From assembly GCA_002269645.1 (NCBI GenBank), contig NIVC01001517.1, positions 124,001-188,000 of the forward strand: a stretch of 64,000 bases of DNA. The letters run 5' to 3'. Position numbers and translations under genes: made by a program. Positions 12,617-25,022 of this stretch are shown one piece after another. A model generated the notes under the pieces. It worked only from the letters and a program-made list of their open reading frames with translations, was not told the origin of the DNA and searched no databases. How positions within the stretch are numbered: the stretch's first letter is position 1; the number at the start of each line of letters is the position of its first letter. Source of the DNA: Macrostomum lignano (taxonomy: Eukaryota).

Positions 12617-13844
12617 CTAATGTAGATGGAGACAATAAAATTTAGAACTGCGGGTCGAATTTATTCTGCAAAATAATTTTATTTGAAGATTTTATGAAAC
12701 ATGAGGTTTGATGTTTTTAAAAGTTGACGATGCCTACTACTTGAGTAGTCTGCTAAGCATGTATGAACCAGAGATGTATTTGCTTGTCAACGTGGCTTTG
12801 TGAGTATGTCTTTGTGTCGAAAAGTTGGTTTCATCCGTAAATCCAATTTGCCTTATATATCGGCAACGCCATCACTAACAACTTTTCTCTATTTAAAAGC
12901 CACTGCGAAGAAATCATGCTTCAATATTTAAAAAAGATTTTAAACCTGAACTGCAATTAATCCTACTGCAAGTAGCATGATGCATTGAAAAGTTAAACTA
13001 AAAGTAAGAGAAGATTTCAGTAATTGTTTTTGCACTTGACTCACACTGAATTTCAGCCTCAACTGACACGGATAGGTCGATTGTGCAAGACTTAAAATGC
13101 TAAGCTTGTAGATTAAAAGCAAATTCATATCAAATTTGAAATAGGATCTTTCAAGCATTAAGATACGAGTCGTACACTTCAAATGTTTTGAACATTATCT
13201 AGGCTCCCAGTATGCTCAACTTAAAGCATCTAGGTTATATACGCTCGTACGGGGCTTCACTTCTTCAGAAAAATGGGTCCTTCATGAATTTTTTTCCTTA
13301 AAAATGTATCCTAACTGGTTGTTCCCTTTGAAGTTTAGAATCCCGCGGATTTTTTACACCCTAAGAAAACGAAGTCTTCAATTCTGGTCTACAATACTTT
13401 TTGTAGGACTGTGAACCTTGGCCCTGGAAGCAAAGTAAGACGATGTAAGCATCATTTCATTTATCGGGCTCTGGGACTGGTTGAAACCGTCCCGCATAAC
13501 AAAATAAAGATAAATAACTCTGACCTGCAGTAGAAGGTCTCTGAATTCCGTGTCGGTACTGTGGATTGGATTCTCAAAATATTCTAAATATAGCTCGCAC
13601 GTATATAATTCATTCGAGTCTGACAAGATATTTCTGTTTGTTATTTTATTAGCTTTTGTTTCTCAGTCCGGTTGACTCAGCTTGCGATTGAAAACAGAAA
13701 ACTGCTCAGAATTGGCACTGAGTCACTGCCAGTGCGTATTGAAAATAATGAGAGGGTGCAAAACGGAGTCTTTGAAACATTGTAACGTAAATTTAAATGT
13801 CGAGAAGAATTATGGTTCCATCTTCCATGTTAACCGCTACTGCA

Positions 13845-14315
13845 ACCCCCCAAGCAACCGCCCCAGCAACTGCTCCTGCAACCGCCCCAGGAACCGCCCC
13901 AGCAACTGCTCCTGCAACCGCCCCAGGAACCGCCCTAGCAGCCGCCCCAGTAACCACCTCAGCAACAGCCCCAGCAACCCGCCCCAGCAACCGCCCCAGC
14001 AACCGCCCCAGCAACCGCCCCAGCAACCGTCCCAGCAACCGCTCCAGAAACCGCCACAGCAACCACCACAGAAACCGCCCCAGCAACCGCCCCAACCCCT
14101 GCAACCGCCTCTGCAACCGTCCCAGCAACCGCCCCAGAAACCGCCCCAGCAACCACCACAGAAACCGCCCCAACAACCGCCCCAACCCCTGCAACCGCCC
14201 TAGCAACCGCCCCTGCAACCGCCCCTGCAACCGCCCCTGCAACCGCCCCTGCAACCGCCCCTGCAACCGCCCCTGCAACCGCTCCTGCAACCGCCCCTGC
14301 AACCGCTCCTGGACT
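13845..14315. repeat. 12-bp-unit repeat GCAACCGCCCCA / GCAACCGCCCCT
   Basis: Tandem copies; they produce the spurious PQQP/NRPC/GAVA ORFs. Confidence 0.9.
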
Positions 14316-15057
14316 GTCTGAGGTGAGTTTCGACAAGCAGTAAAAAGTACCAATTTGGTGTAGCCAGTAACCCCAAAGAAACTTAGAGAGTATCATTTTT
14401 CAAGCAAAAGATGTATGATAAAACGAGATAAAGAGTTTCAGACAAGAAATCAAGAATGCAAGAATGGAGTTATGATATTTCGGGTTTATGATGGGAAATG
14501 CTTTCGGAGTTGTAATTTTTCGGGTTTATGATGGCGACCCCCTAGCTGTGACGATGCTGTCAGTCAAGACCGTTCTTTAAATTTCTCTTTCCCTTCACGA
14601 TCTCATTTTGAAAGTGGCTCCCTGATCCCCATCAGCAAATATAATAAATAATTGAACGGAAATCCCCAGCTCTACGGGCGAGCCAGAAATGCAGTAAGTG
14701 TTTATATATCATCATCAATCCACCAAAGCTTTCTATCTTCCCAGGATTATTTCCCATTTCCAATGATAGCCAACGATTTTTCATCCCAAAAAGACTGCTT
14801 GCCCGGAATTCAGGCCGCACCGGAGGTTTCGATTTCTCTCAGAGACTCTCGACCGAGTGCTGGGGAAGCAAATCTGGGATCCGGGATCAGGATGGCTTCT
14901 CGACCTCCGCCAGGCCTTGGCACTGCTCAGCGCCTTCCTTCCCCTTCTCCCTCAGGAGTGACTCGCGACCACCCTGCCTGCCTGCTGCGCCTCCTGAGTG
15001 CTCTGCGGCCTTGAGCTGCTCTTTTGGATTCTCTCTGCTCTGCGCCTTAACGTTAGC

Positions 15058-15132
15058 TCTCCTCTCCTCCTCTCCTCTCCTCTCCTCTCCTCTCCTCTCC
15101 TCTCCTCTCCTCTCCTCTCCTCTCCTCTCCTC
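15058..15132. repeat. (CTCTC)n microsatellite
   Basis: Direct reading; a short (CA)n follows at about 15343-15367. Confidence 0.9.
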
Positions 15133-16110
15133 TGAAAACTGAAAGGAGCTAAAAGTTTATCTATTTTCAAATCAGTTGAAATTTCTAACAACTTCATCTT
15201 GCGCACAGGAAATTAAAACAAAAGTTAGCTGACCTACAATTCACCTAAAAAGTGCAAATTTAACCCCCCCCCCCAGTTGACAATCTGTTAGATCTAGTTC
15301 TTTTGCTGGCTGCTCAAACCTGCAATGCAGAAGTTCACGTGACACACACACACACACACACACACACCCAGTCACACAACTTGCCGTTAAACCAGTTCTT
15401 ATTGAAATGCCCTCCCCAGAGTGCGCAGCTAAAAGTACATCTGAGATTAATGGTCTCATTCAGATAAACTGAATGACAGAGATAAACCAGCATACGCACA
15501 AGCATGTCACATGATGCACCGTTAGTCCATATCTGGAAGCCACTTCCACTGGGGGGTGTGGCCCCAGTGACACAGGACTCATCTCAGCAAGTGTTATTTA
15601 AAGACCAACCCAGCTCAGCCCATACCAAATTAAAACACTGAGTTCTGGCAGCAACCTCAGCCGCAGCGCACTGAAAGTTCACTGCTGCCCCACCCTCTGT
15701 ATTCTGCATGTCTCTGCACTGCAGCGCATTTCTGTGTCGGACCACAACTTAGCTGAGAAAGGAGTGCCGTACAGTGTTGCTGGGGGGTCTATCAATATGG
15801 ATGAGAGCGACCTCGGCCTTCCCAAGGGCGTTCTCTTAGCGCTGCGCACCCCGCTAAGCTCAGTGGCGCGTGGCGCGGGCCAGGGGTGAAGCCACACCGC
15901 TAGGCCAGTGACGGCATGTCCGAAGAGACCGAAACCTGTGGTCTGGAGTGGCAACTCCTTTCATAATGCCCCGGAGTTTTTTATGTTCAAATGAGATAAT
16001 ATGAAACTCTTGGCAATTTTTGTTTTGGCAAGCTGTAATTTGGTCTCATTTTTAGTTTGCGTTTATATTCATTTTCGATCCCAATTTGTTCACCGGGTTT
16101 ATTTTCTGAG

Positions 16111-18208
16111 GGAAGAGAGGAGAGAGGAGAGAGGAGAAAGGAGACATGACGAGGAGAGAGGAGAGAAGAGAGATGGGGAGAGGAGAGAAGAGGAGAGAGG
16201 AGAGGAGAGGAGAGAGAGGAGAGAGAGAAGAGAGTAGAGAGGGAAGAGAGAAAGTAGAGAGGAGAGGGGAGAGAAGAGAGAGTAGAGAGGAGAGGGGAGA
16301 GATGAGAGAGGAGTCGGAGAGTGGAAAGGAGGGAGGATAGAAGAGAGAGGAGAGAGGAGAGAGGAGAGAGGAGAGAGGAGAGAGGAGAGAGGAGAGAGGA
16401 GAGTGGAGAGGAGGGAGGATAGAAGAGAGAGGAGAGGGGAGAGATGAGAGAGGAGTCGGAGAGTGGAGAGGAGGGAGGATAGAAGAGAGAGGAGAGAGGA
16501 GAGAGGAGAGAGGAGAGAGGAGAGAGGAGAGAGGAGAGTGGAGAGGAGGGAGGATAGAAGAGAGAGGAGAGAGGAGAGAGGAGAGAGGAGAGAGGAGAGA
16601 GGAGAGAGGAGAGAGGAGAGAGGAGAGAGGAGAGAGGAGAGAGGAGAGGAGAGATGGGGAGAGGAGAGGGGAGAGAGGAGAGAGGAGAGAGGAGAGTGGA
16701 GAGGAGGGAGGATAGAAGAGAGAGGAGAGAGGAGAGAGGAGAGAGGAGAGAGGAGAGAGGAGAGAGGAGAGAGGAGAGAGGAGAGAGGAGAGAGGAGAGA
16801 GGAGAGAGGAGAGAGGAGAGGGGAGAGATGAGAGAGGAGTCGGAGAGTGGAGAGGAGGGAGGATAGAAGAGAGAGGAGAGAGGAGAGAGGAGAGAGGAGA
16901 GAGGAGAGAGGAGAGAGGAGAGTGGAGAGGAGGGAGGATAGAAGAGAGAGGAGAGAGGAGAGAGGAGAGAGGAGAGAGGAGAGAGGAGAGAGGAGAGAGG
17001 AGAGAGGAGAGAGGAGAGAGGAGAGAGGAGAGGGGAGAGATGAGAGAGGAGTCGGAGAGTGGAGAGGAGGGAGGATAGAAGAGAGAGGAGAGAGGAGAGA
17101 GGAGAGAGGAGAGAGGAGAGAGGAGAGAGGAGAGAGGAGAGAGGAGAGAGGAGAGAGGAGAGAGGAGAGAGGAGAGAGGAGAGAGGAGAGAGGAGAGGGG
17201 AGAGAAGAGAGAGTAGAGAGGAGAGGGGAGAGATGAGAGAGGAGTCGGAGAGTGGAGAGGAGGGAGGATAGAAGAGAGAGGAGAGAGGAGAGAGGAGAGA
17301 GGAGAGAGGAGAGAGGAGAGAGGAGAGTGGAGAGGAGGGAGGATAGAAGAGAGAGGAGAGAGGAGAGAGGAGAGAGGAGAGAGGAGAGAGGAGAGAGGAG
17401 AGAGGAGAGAGGAGAGAGGAGAGAGGAGAGAGGAGAGAGGAGAGAGGAGAGAGGAGAGAGGATAGAAGAGAGAGGAGAGAGGAGAGAGGAGAGAGGAGAG
17501 AGGAGAGAGGAGAGAGGAGAGAGGAGAGAGGAGAGAGGAGAGAGGAGAGAGGAGAGAGGAGAGAGGAGAGATGGGGAGAGGAGAGAAGAGGAGAGAGGAG
17601 AGGAGAGGAGAGAGAGGAGAGAGGGAAGAGAGAGTAGAGAGGAGAGGGGAGAGAAGAGAGAGTAGAGAGGAGAGGGGAGAGATGAGAGAGGAGTCGGAGA
17701 GTGGAGAGGAGGGAGGATAGAAGAGAGAGGAGAGAGGAGAGAGGAGAGAGGAGAGAGAGGAGAGGAGAGAGAGGAGAGAGGAGAGAAGAGAGAGAGAGGA
17801 GAGAGGAGAGAGGAGAGAGAGAGAGGAGAGAGGAGAGAGGAGAGAGGATAGAAGAGAGAGGAGAGAGAGAGAGGAGAGAGGAGAGAGGAGAGAGGAGAGA
17901 GGAGAGGGGAGAGAGGAGAGAGGAGAGAAGAGAGAGGAGAGAGGAGAGAGGAGAGAGGAGAGAGGAGAGAGGAGAGAAGAGAGAGGTGAGGGGAGAGAGG
18001 AGAGAGGAGAGAAGAGAGAGGAGAGAGGAGAGAGGAGAGAAGAGAGAGGAGAGAGGAGAGAGGAGAGAGGAGAGAGGAGAGAGGAGAGAGGAGAGAGGAG
18101 AGAGGAGAGAGGAGAGAAGAGAGAGGAGAGAGGAGAGAGGAGAGAAGATAGAGGAGAGAAGAGAGATAAGAGAGGTGAGAGTCGAGAGGAGAAAGGAGAG
18201 AGGAGGGG
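16111..18208. repeat. About 2.1-kb polypurine tract, mainly (GGAGAGA)n with recurrent higher-order variants
   Basis: Almost pure A/G on the + strand; explains the ERRE/LSPL ORFs. Confidence 0.95.
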
Positions 18209-18985
18209 GTAGGTACCTGTTTGATATTAATTACTATTTGCACTTTAACTTTATTCACTGTTTGTTGTTTTGTCCGGAGACAGCCTCCCAGAGAATGTGC
18301 GGCAGCTGTTGATGTTTGTCAGAAAATTCTCACTCCGCACTCCCAGATAATAGCAAACAGACAGCCTTGGCTCGGATGCGAGGTACACTGAATGCGTACA
18401 CTTAGCAGCACCCCCTGCCGCTGTCTCACGCCACTGTTGAAACTGCATTGGCTGGTACAAAGCCAGTCTGCACGGAGAGACAGACAGGCGGATAGAGAGG
18501 AGAGTGTACGGCCCGTAGCTGCACTGCCCCACAGATGCACACTCCGAGAGAAGAGAGAGGGGGAGAGGCAGCGGGAGAGCCGCACAGGGGGCGTCAGTGG
18601 CTGCATAGGACGAGGCTTCACTCGTGGACTTTACTCGCGGCCTTGGGACGAGGCGGGGGGTTGGCAGTGCTGGGGGAAACTGGCCTTTATATGTCAGCCA
18701 GTTGGCCCTCTGCCTGGCCTTGCCCTGCCCCATTTTCCGCTCTGAATTTGGGAAGGAAGGAAGGAAGGTGACGCCAAGGAGTGAGTGGAGCAGGTGAGGC
18801 GGTGGAGCTCTAAGTGAAGAGGTTTAAGAAAGATCCGGTTCCGAGCAACCCGAGTCAGGCGACTTCGCCACCAGCCACCTCGAGAGCAGATTGGTCCGCT
18901 AGCTTTCTGCTGTCCACTATATAGCGTTGGCATCGAGCCTCCCAGCTTAGACCAGAGCTAACTTCGTCCAGAACCAGCAGCAGAC

Positions 18986-21900
18986 ATGAATGTGGTCAGC
19001 CAGCTGTGGTCCACCGTGTCCAACTACTACCGGACGCTGAACCCGGCCACCCTTTCCGGCGCTATCGACGTCATCGTGGTTGAGCAGCCGGACGGCACCT
19101 TGAAGAGCAGCCCGTTCCACGCCAGGTTCGGCAAGACTGGCATCCTCAGACCGCAGGAAAATGTGGTGAGTAGCTGCTCCATGCTCATTTGATCATCTAG
19201 GTCAGGGGTCGGCAAACTCCGGCCCGCAAAGCCTCTCTATCCGGCACTAGGGTCCTTTGAAGCTTCACAGTAATGCTCAGGGTTTGTCTCTTCTCAGCTC
19301 TCCTCTGTCACCTCTCTCTTCTCCTCTCCTCTCTTCTCTCTTCCTCTCCTCTCCTCTCCTCTCCTCTCCTCTCCTCTCCTCTCCTCTCCTCTCCTCTCCT
19401 CTCCTCTCCTCTCCTCTCCTCTCCTCTCCTCTCCTCTCCTCTCCTCTCCTCTATTCTCTCCTACTTCATCTCTTCTCTCCTCTCGTTTCCTTTATTCCCT
19501 CTCCTCTTTTTTTCTATTTCCTTTCTCAATTTTCTCTCCCCTGTCCTATCCTCTGGCCCGCAGTCATGCGTCTCTATCTGGCCCTTACGGTAAAAAGTTG
19601 CCGACCCCTGATCTAGGTGGATCATGAGCTCGGGACAGAACTTATCAAACTTCACCCAGTAATCCTATCAGCTTATGTGTTTGAGGCCTGATTCCCAAAC
19701 CCTGATCCAGTCCACTGAGGCAAACAAGATTAGGTTAGTCGGGTTAGCGGCCGAAATCGAATAGAACCAAGTGCACCCAGTTGAAAATGATTGAATTCAT
19801 CCTGAACTCAGCCAGGCTGATCCCTTCTTAGTGTCCTATTTCTCCTCGCTCATTTCAAGGTGGATCTCTACGTCAACGACGAGCTGATCCCGGACATCCA
19901 GATGAAGCTGGGCGAGGCTGGGGAGGCGTTTTTTCTAGAAGACCCGGACGACCTGCCGCCGGAAATGCCGCTGCAGGACCTGCAGGCCCTGGAGCTCGAA
20001 GTGCAGAAGCTGGAGCGCAGGATTTCCATGTCGAAGCTCGAGAAATCCTTCGAGGACGCGACCGGCGGTGCTTCTACTCTTGTCGCTGAGAACGACGACG
20101 CGACTGGAACTGACGAGGCCGAGGACGACGAGGCGAGCCTCAAGGCGGAGCGTCCAGCCGGATCTTCGGCCACGCTGGTCTCCTATTACAGCGACTGTGA
20201 GGGCGAGGAGCGGTCTGGCGGGACGAGCAGCCGCAGGGTGACGCTCACTGGCTACAAGTCGGACTCTGAGCAGGACAGCCACAATTCCGCACTGATTGGC
20301 GGCGCAGCCGAGCAGCTGATGGCACAGCTGGACTGGGAGTGGGGCAAGCTGCCGCACTCGGCCACCATGGACAGCGTCAAGTCTGGCGACTATTTTGATT
20401 GCACCGATGAGATTTCGGGTGCCGTGGACACCTCAACGACAGCGGCACTCAAATTGTCCTGTGGCGAGACGGTATCGTCGGAGAAGCTCAACCAGATCCT
20501 GGAAGAGCGGATCGCTGCATCTCGAGGCCAGGACGGTGATCAACAGCAAGTTGCGCAGCAGCAGGAGTCGCAGCAGTCGTCTCAGGCGCAGCAGCAGCAG
20601 CAACAGAAGCAACAACAGTCCGCTGAGCGAGAACGCCTCTCATCCTCGGGCGAGTGCTACTTGGCTGATCTGGACGACAGCAACCGGCACCTCTACCTCA
20701 GCGGCTCGCCATCCTCCCCAGAGTCGGGTTACAAGTCGGACCAGGACATGTCCAGCGTGGAGGAGGATCTCAATGTCGGCGTGCAGTTGTCTCTGTGCGG
20801 CGGGCTGGACCTGCCGAACAGCATCACGACTGAGCGCTTCCTCAAGTACCTAATCTCGTACGACGAGTTCATGCAGAATCCGGACATAATAGAAAACCGA
20901 GACCTAGTGGTGCGGATTCAGGGCAAGAACTACAATTGGCGGACCGCGGCGCCGATTCTGCTGTGCCGGGCCGTGTTCAACGCGCAGCTGCCCTACAAGA
21001 CTGTGCAGAACCTCAAGGAGCGCCACATGCGCTTCCGGCGCAAGCGCAACACCATGCGCTCCTGGTTCGCGTGGGGCCGCGCCAGGCCCTCCGAGGAGAC
21101 CGACCCAAACGACGAGGAAGCCGGTGGTGGCGACGCTGTTGTAGCTGTGGAAGACATCAAGGAGGAGGCAGCCGAGGAGCGGCAGAAGGACAAGGGTGCC
21201 GAGCAGCAGCCGAAGCAGCGGGCTCGCACTGTACGTCTGTCCTCCAACCAGCTCAAGAAACTGAACCTGCGCCCAGGCTACAATGAGCTCCGCTACAGCA
21301 TCACAACCAAGTACCAGGGCACCACGGAGTGCACCTGTGGAGTCTACCTGTGGGGTCACGACGACCGCATTGTGATTTCGGATATCGACGGGACCATCAC
21401 TCGCTCGGACGTGCTGGGACACATTCTGCCCATGGTCGGCAAAGACTGGACACAGCCGCGCATCACCAAGCTGTTCTCGGCTATAGAAAAGAACGACTAC
21501 AGATTCCTGTACCTGTCCGCCAGGGCCATCGGCCAGTCAGCCGTCACCCGGCGTTTCTTGCAGCGCGTTCGACAGGAGGGCGTCACCCTGCCCGACGGGC
21601 CGGTGCTGCTGTCGCCGCTGTCTCTGATGCGCGCCTTCCACCAGGAGGTGATCGCCCGCAGGCCGGAGGCCTTCAAAATCGCCTGTCTGCGCGACGTGCG
21701 CTCGCTGTTCCGGCCGAGGCGCAGCCGTTCTGGGCCGGCTTCGGCAACCGGCCGTCTGACGCGCTGTCCTACACAGAGGTGAGCGTCAACCACGCCAGGT
21801 GCTTCACTGTCAATCCGCAGGGAGAGGTCAACCGCGAGTCCGGCGACTGCCTGCCGTCCTCCTACCAGGCGCTGGCTGAGGTGGCGGACCTCGTGTTCCC

Positions 21901-22120
21901 GCCGTTCCAGCACCGGTTCGCCGACCACGGCCACTTCTCGCACTTCTCCTACTGGCGGGCGCCGCTGCCCGTGCTGCCGCTCCTGCCGGCTCCCGAGGAT
22001 GTCGCCGAGGCGGCTGAGACGGCCGTCAAGGCAGCTGGCCCGGCGAAAGCCGCTGAAGGAGCGGCGACTCCGGTGGAAGCAACGATAATCGAGGTGTCGG
22101 AGCCAGCAGCCCTGGTCTAG
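18986..22120 (+). CDS. LPIN: Lipin (Mg-dependent phosphatidate phosphatase); exons 18986-19165 and 19860-22120, about 813 aa if one missing base near 21710 is restored
   Basis: N-LIP domain [32 protein letters not shown] | [17 protein letters not shown] joined across a phase-0 GTGAGT...AG intron. Lipin-mid region (LSLCGG...[11 protein letters not shown]). C-LIP with catalytic DIDGT (21381-21395), LGHIL LXXIL motif, LYLSAR and FKIACL. GNRPSD...FTVNPQGE continues in the -1 frame. Confidence 0.96.
19203..19610. mobile_element. Non-autonomous hAT (Charlie/Buster-like) MITE in the lipin intron
   Basis: TIRs CAGGGGTCGGCAAAC / GTTGCCGACCCCTG; exact 8-bp TSD ATCTAGGT at 19195-19202 and 19611-19618 with central TA; subterminal GGCCCGC motifs; internal (CTCCT)n tract. 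Confidence 0.93.
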
Positions 22121-22642
22121 TCAGCTGCCGCCTCCCCTCTGCCTGGCTTATTATTCATACCAGGGTACATTGCCCGAGTCATTATTCGGCTTACTTCTCT
22201 GGGAAAAACTGACCTACTGAACTATCGCAATTGTGTGCATATCTGCTGATTTTCGCTGTAAATTGAGAAAACTGTGTGCCCATATTTGCTGTGCATATTG
22301 GCCAAGACGGCTCTGCCGAGTGTTGGTTACCCGTATCCAGCTTGGCCTGTCAATTCCATTGCTTTCATACTTTCGCCCGCTTTCAAATTGCTGCTTCTAG
22401 TGATCGCTTTCACATGTCATCGAGTCCATGGCTCCCTCTCTCTACTCTCCGGTTTCACTCTATTATTACTATTGTTATTATTATATTATTTCAGCTCCGA
22501 TGCTTAAACAGATTTAACGGATTTTGTTTCCGAGCTTGCTAACTCTTTTGCGAGCCTCAATTCGCTGCTTTCAAACACTTGGGAGTGATTTTTGGCAATT
22601 TTTGTGTCACATGCTTGGCTTCGGTTCTCTATTGCGATTTGC

Positions 22643-22967
22643 TTAGTACACCTCTTCAGTTCGTCTGCCCCGTCTCTATTTGGTCTGTTTCTCTCCCTCT
22701 CGGTCTGGTTCAGTCTTGCTATTCTTATCTCTCTCCCTCGCTGCCTTCTGATTGGCTCGTCAATCTAAATAAGACTTTCAATTAGGGCGAGGGGGGATAA
22801 GAAATGTAGGGGTGGAGTGCGCGACTGAGGAAAGAGGCGAGATTGAAGAGCCAATCAGAAGTCAGCGAGGGAGAGAGATAAGAATTACAAGATCGGGCTG
22901 AACTTTTACAGAGGGAGAGAAAGACAGTAAGCAGAAACGAGGGCAGATGGACTGAAGAAATGACTAA
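22643..22967. repeat. Imperfect long inverted repeat (arms about 22643-22766 and 22840-22967)
   Basis: The left arm ...TTCTTATCTCTCTCCCTCGCTGCCTTCTGATTGGCTCGTCAATCT is the near reverse complement of the right arm AGATTGAAGAGCCAATCAGAAGTCAGCGAGGGAGAGAGATAAGAA..., and similarity continues out to TTAGT / ACTAA. Confidence 0.85.
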
Positions 22968-23344
22968 AACAAGTCTCCGACCTGACTACTAGCTTGAATC
23001 AGTAGAACCAATGCAAAAGCCCCTATCGGTGAACTGCCATAGGGAAGTATAAAAAGTTTCAAACCAGTTGACTAAGAGTTTTGTGGGGCAAGTGGCCCAA
23101 AGCTATTTTCATATCCAAAATGATCGCACGTACTACTCATAAATTCCTTATTTTTTTCCTTTTTGTACCCAAACGAGGTGTTTCTATTTTTAGCTACTAA
23201 AAAATAAACATGCTCAGTTCCATCGCTGAGCGGTGAGCAACTCTTTCTCACATCGCAGGAACTCAAGACTTTCATTCGCCTTCTTTTGTAATTTAGTAAA
23301 TTGTGTCCATTGATTCGAGTCCGTAAGCTCAATGATTCATATAG

Positions 23345-23825
23345 TGCGTCCATTGGTTTAGATATTGTGTCCATTTGTTTCGAGATTGTGTCTGTTGGCT
23401 TTGATATTGTGTCCATTATTTTAGAGATAGTATCCGCTGGTTTAGATATTGTGTCCACTGGTTTAGATATTGTCTCCAATGGTTTAGATATTGTGTCCAC
23501 TGGTTTAGATATTGTGCTCATTAGTTTAGATATTGTGTCCTCTGGTTCAGATATTGTGTCCATTAGTTTATATATTGTGTCCACTGGTCTAGATATTGTG
23601 TCCATTAGTTTAGATATTGTGTCCACTGGTCTAGATATTGTGTCCACTGGTTTAGATATTGTGTCCACTGGTTTAGATATTGTGTCCGCTGGTTTAGATA
23701 TTGTGTCCGCTGGTTTAGAAATTGTGTCCATTAGTTTAGATATTGTGTCCATTAGTTTAGATATTGTGTCCATTAGTTTAGATATTGTGTCCACTGATCT
23801 AGATATTGTGTTCATTAGTGTCCAC
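23345..23825. repeat. 21-bp minisatellite GGTTTAGATATTGTGTCCACT
   Basis: Tandem copies; open on both strands because the unit is 7 codons. Confidence 0.9.
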
Positions 23826-24111
23826 AGTGTGTCTATTAGCTGAAAGATTGTGTGCTCAGGCTCGCTGCTTAAGGGCTCACTGAAGCTGCTAGATAGCGAA
23901 GAAATCGAAAAACTGATCTTCATAAACATTTTTTGCAAGAATATTTATGATACTTTACTGAGAGTAGGATGACAGCGGTGCTACTCAGTTGTATAGTTCT
24001 CTAGGGAACTGGATACGGACATGAACTCATGTAGTCTCCAGCTCCCCGACTGCGCCGACTCCAGACTTTCCGCCTCATCAAACTGCTTGCTTCTAGGATC
24101 CACCAAGTCTC

Positions 24112-25022
24112 CATCTGAAACCCCGATTATCCATCTAAAACTCCCATTGTCCATCTGAAACCCCGATTGTCCATCTGAAACCCCGATTGTCCATCTGAAA
24201 CCCCGATTGTCCATCTGAAACCCCCATTGTCCATCTGAAACCCCGATTGTCCATTTGAAACCCCGATTGTCCATCTGAAACCCCCATTGTCCATTTGAAA
24301 CCCCCATTGTCCATTTGAAACCCCGATTGTCCATCTGAAACCCCGATTGTCCATCTGAAACCTCCATTGTCCATTTGAAACCCCGATTGTCCATCTGAAA
24401 CCCCGATTGTCCATCTGAAACCCCCATTGTCCATCTGAAACCCCGATTGTCCATTTGAAACCCCGATTGTCCATCTGAAACCCCGATTGTCCATTTGAAA
24501 CCCCCATTGTCCATCTGAAACCCTGATTGTCCATCTGAAACCCCGATTGTCCATCTGAAACCCCGATTGTCCATCTGAAACCCCCATTGTCCATCTGAAA
24601 CCCCGATTGTCCATTTGAAACCCCGATTGTCCATCTGAAACCCCGATTGTCCATCTGAAACCCCGATTGTCCATCTGAAACCCCCATTCTCCATGTGAAC
24701 TCCCCATTCTCCATATGAACTCCCCATTGTCCATGTGAACTCCCCAGACTCCATCTGAAGCCCCCAGACTCCATCAGAACTCCCCAGACTCCATTTAAAC
24801 TCCCCAGACTCCACCTGAACTCCCCAGACTCCACCTGAACTCCCCAGACTCCACCTGAACTCCCCAGACTCCATTTGAACTCCCCAGACTCCACCTGAAC
24901 TCCCCAGACTCCACCTGAACTCCCCAGACTCCACCTGAACTCCCCAGACTCCACCTGAACTCCCCAGACTCCACCTGAACTCCCCAGACTCCACCTGAAC
25001 TCCCCAGACTCCATCTGAAGCC
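24112..25022. repeat. 20-bp minisatellite grading from GAAACCCCGATTGTCCATCT to GAACTCCCCAGACTCCACCT
   Basis: Continuous 20-bp register with intermediate units at about 24680-24780. Confidence 0.95.

Noticed and set aside
16099-18312. 719-aa Leu/Ser and Glu/Arg-rich ORFs
   Set aside because: Translation of a polypurine simple repeat; the same applies to the ORFs over the (CTGT)n, (GACA)n and CT-rich tracts.
23072-23938. 288-aa heptad-repeat ORF with an LRTRINGH segment faintly like GIY-YIG
   Set aside because: The core is a 21-bp minisatellite, no GIY or YIG motifs are present, and the flanks do not resemble a known domain.
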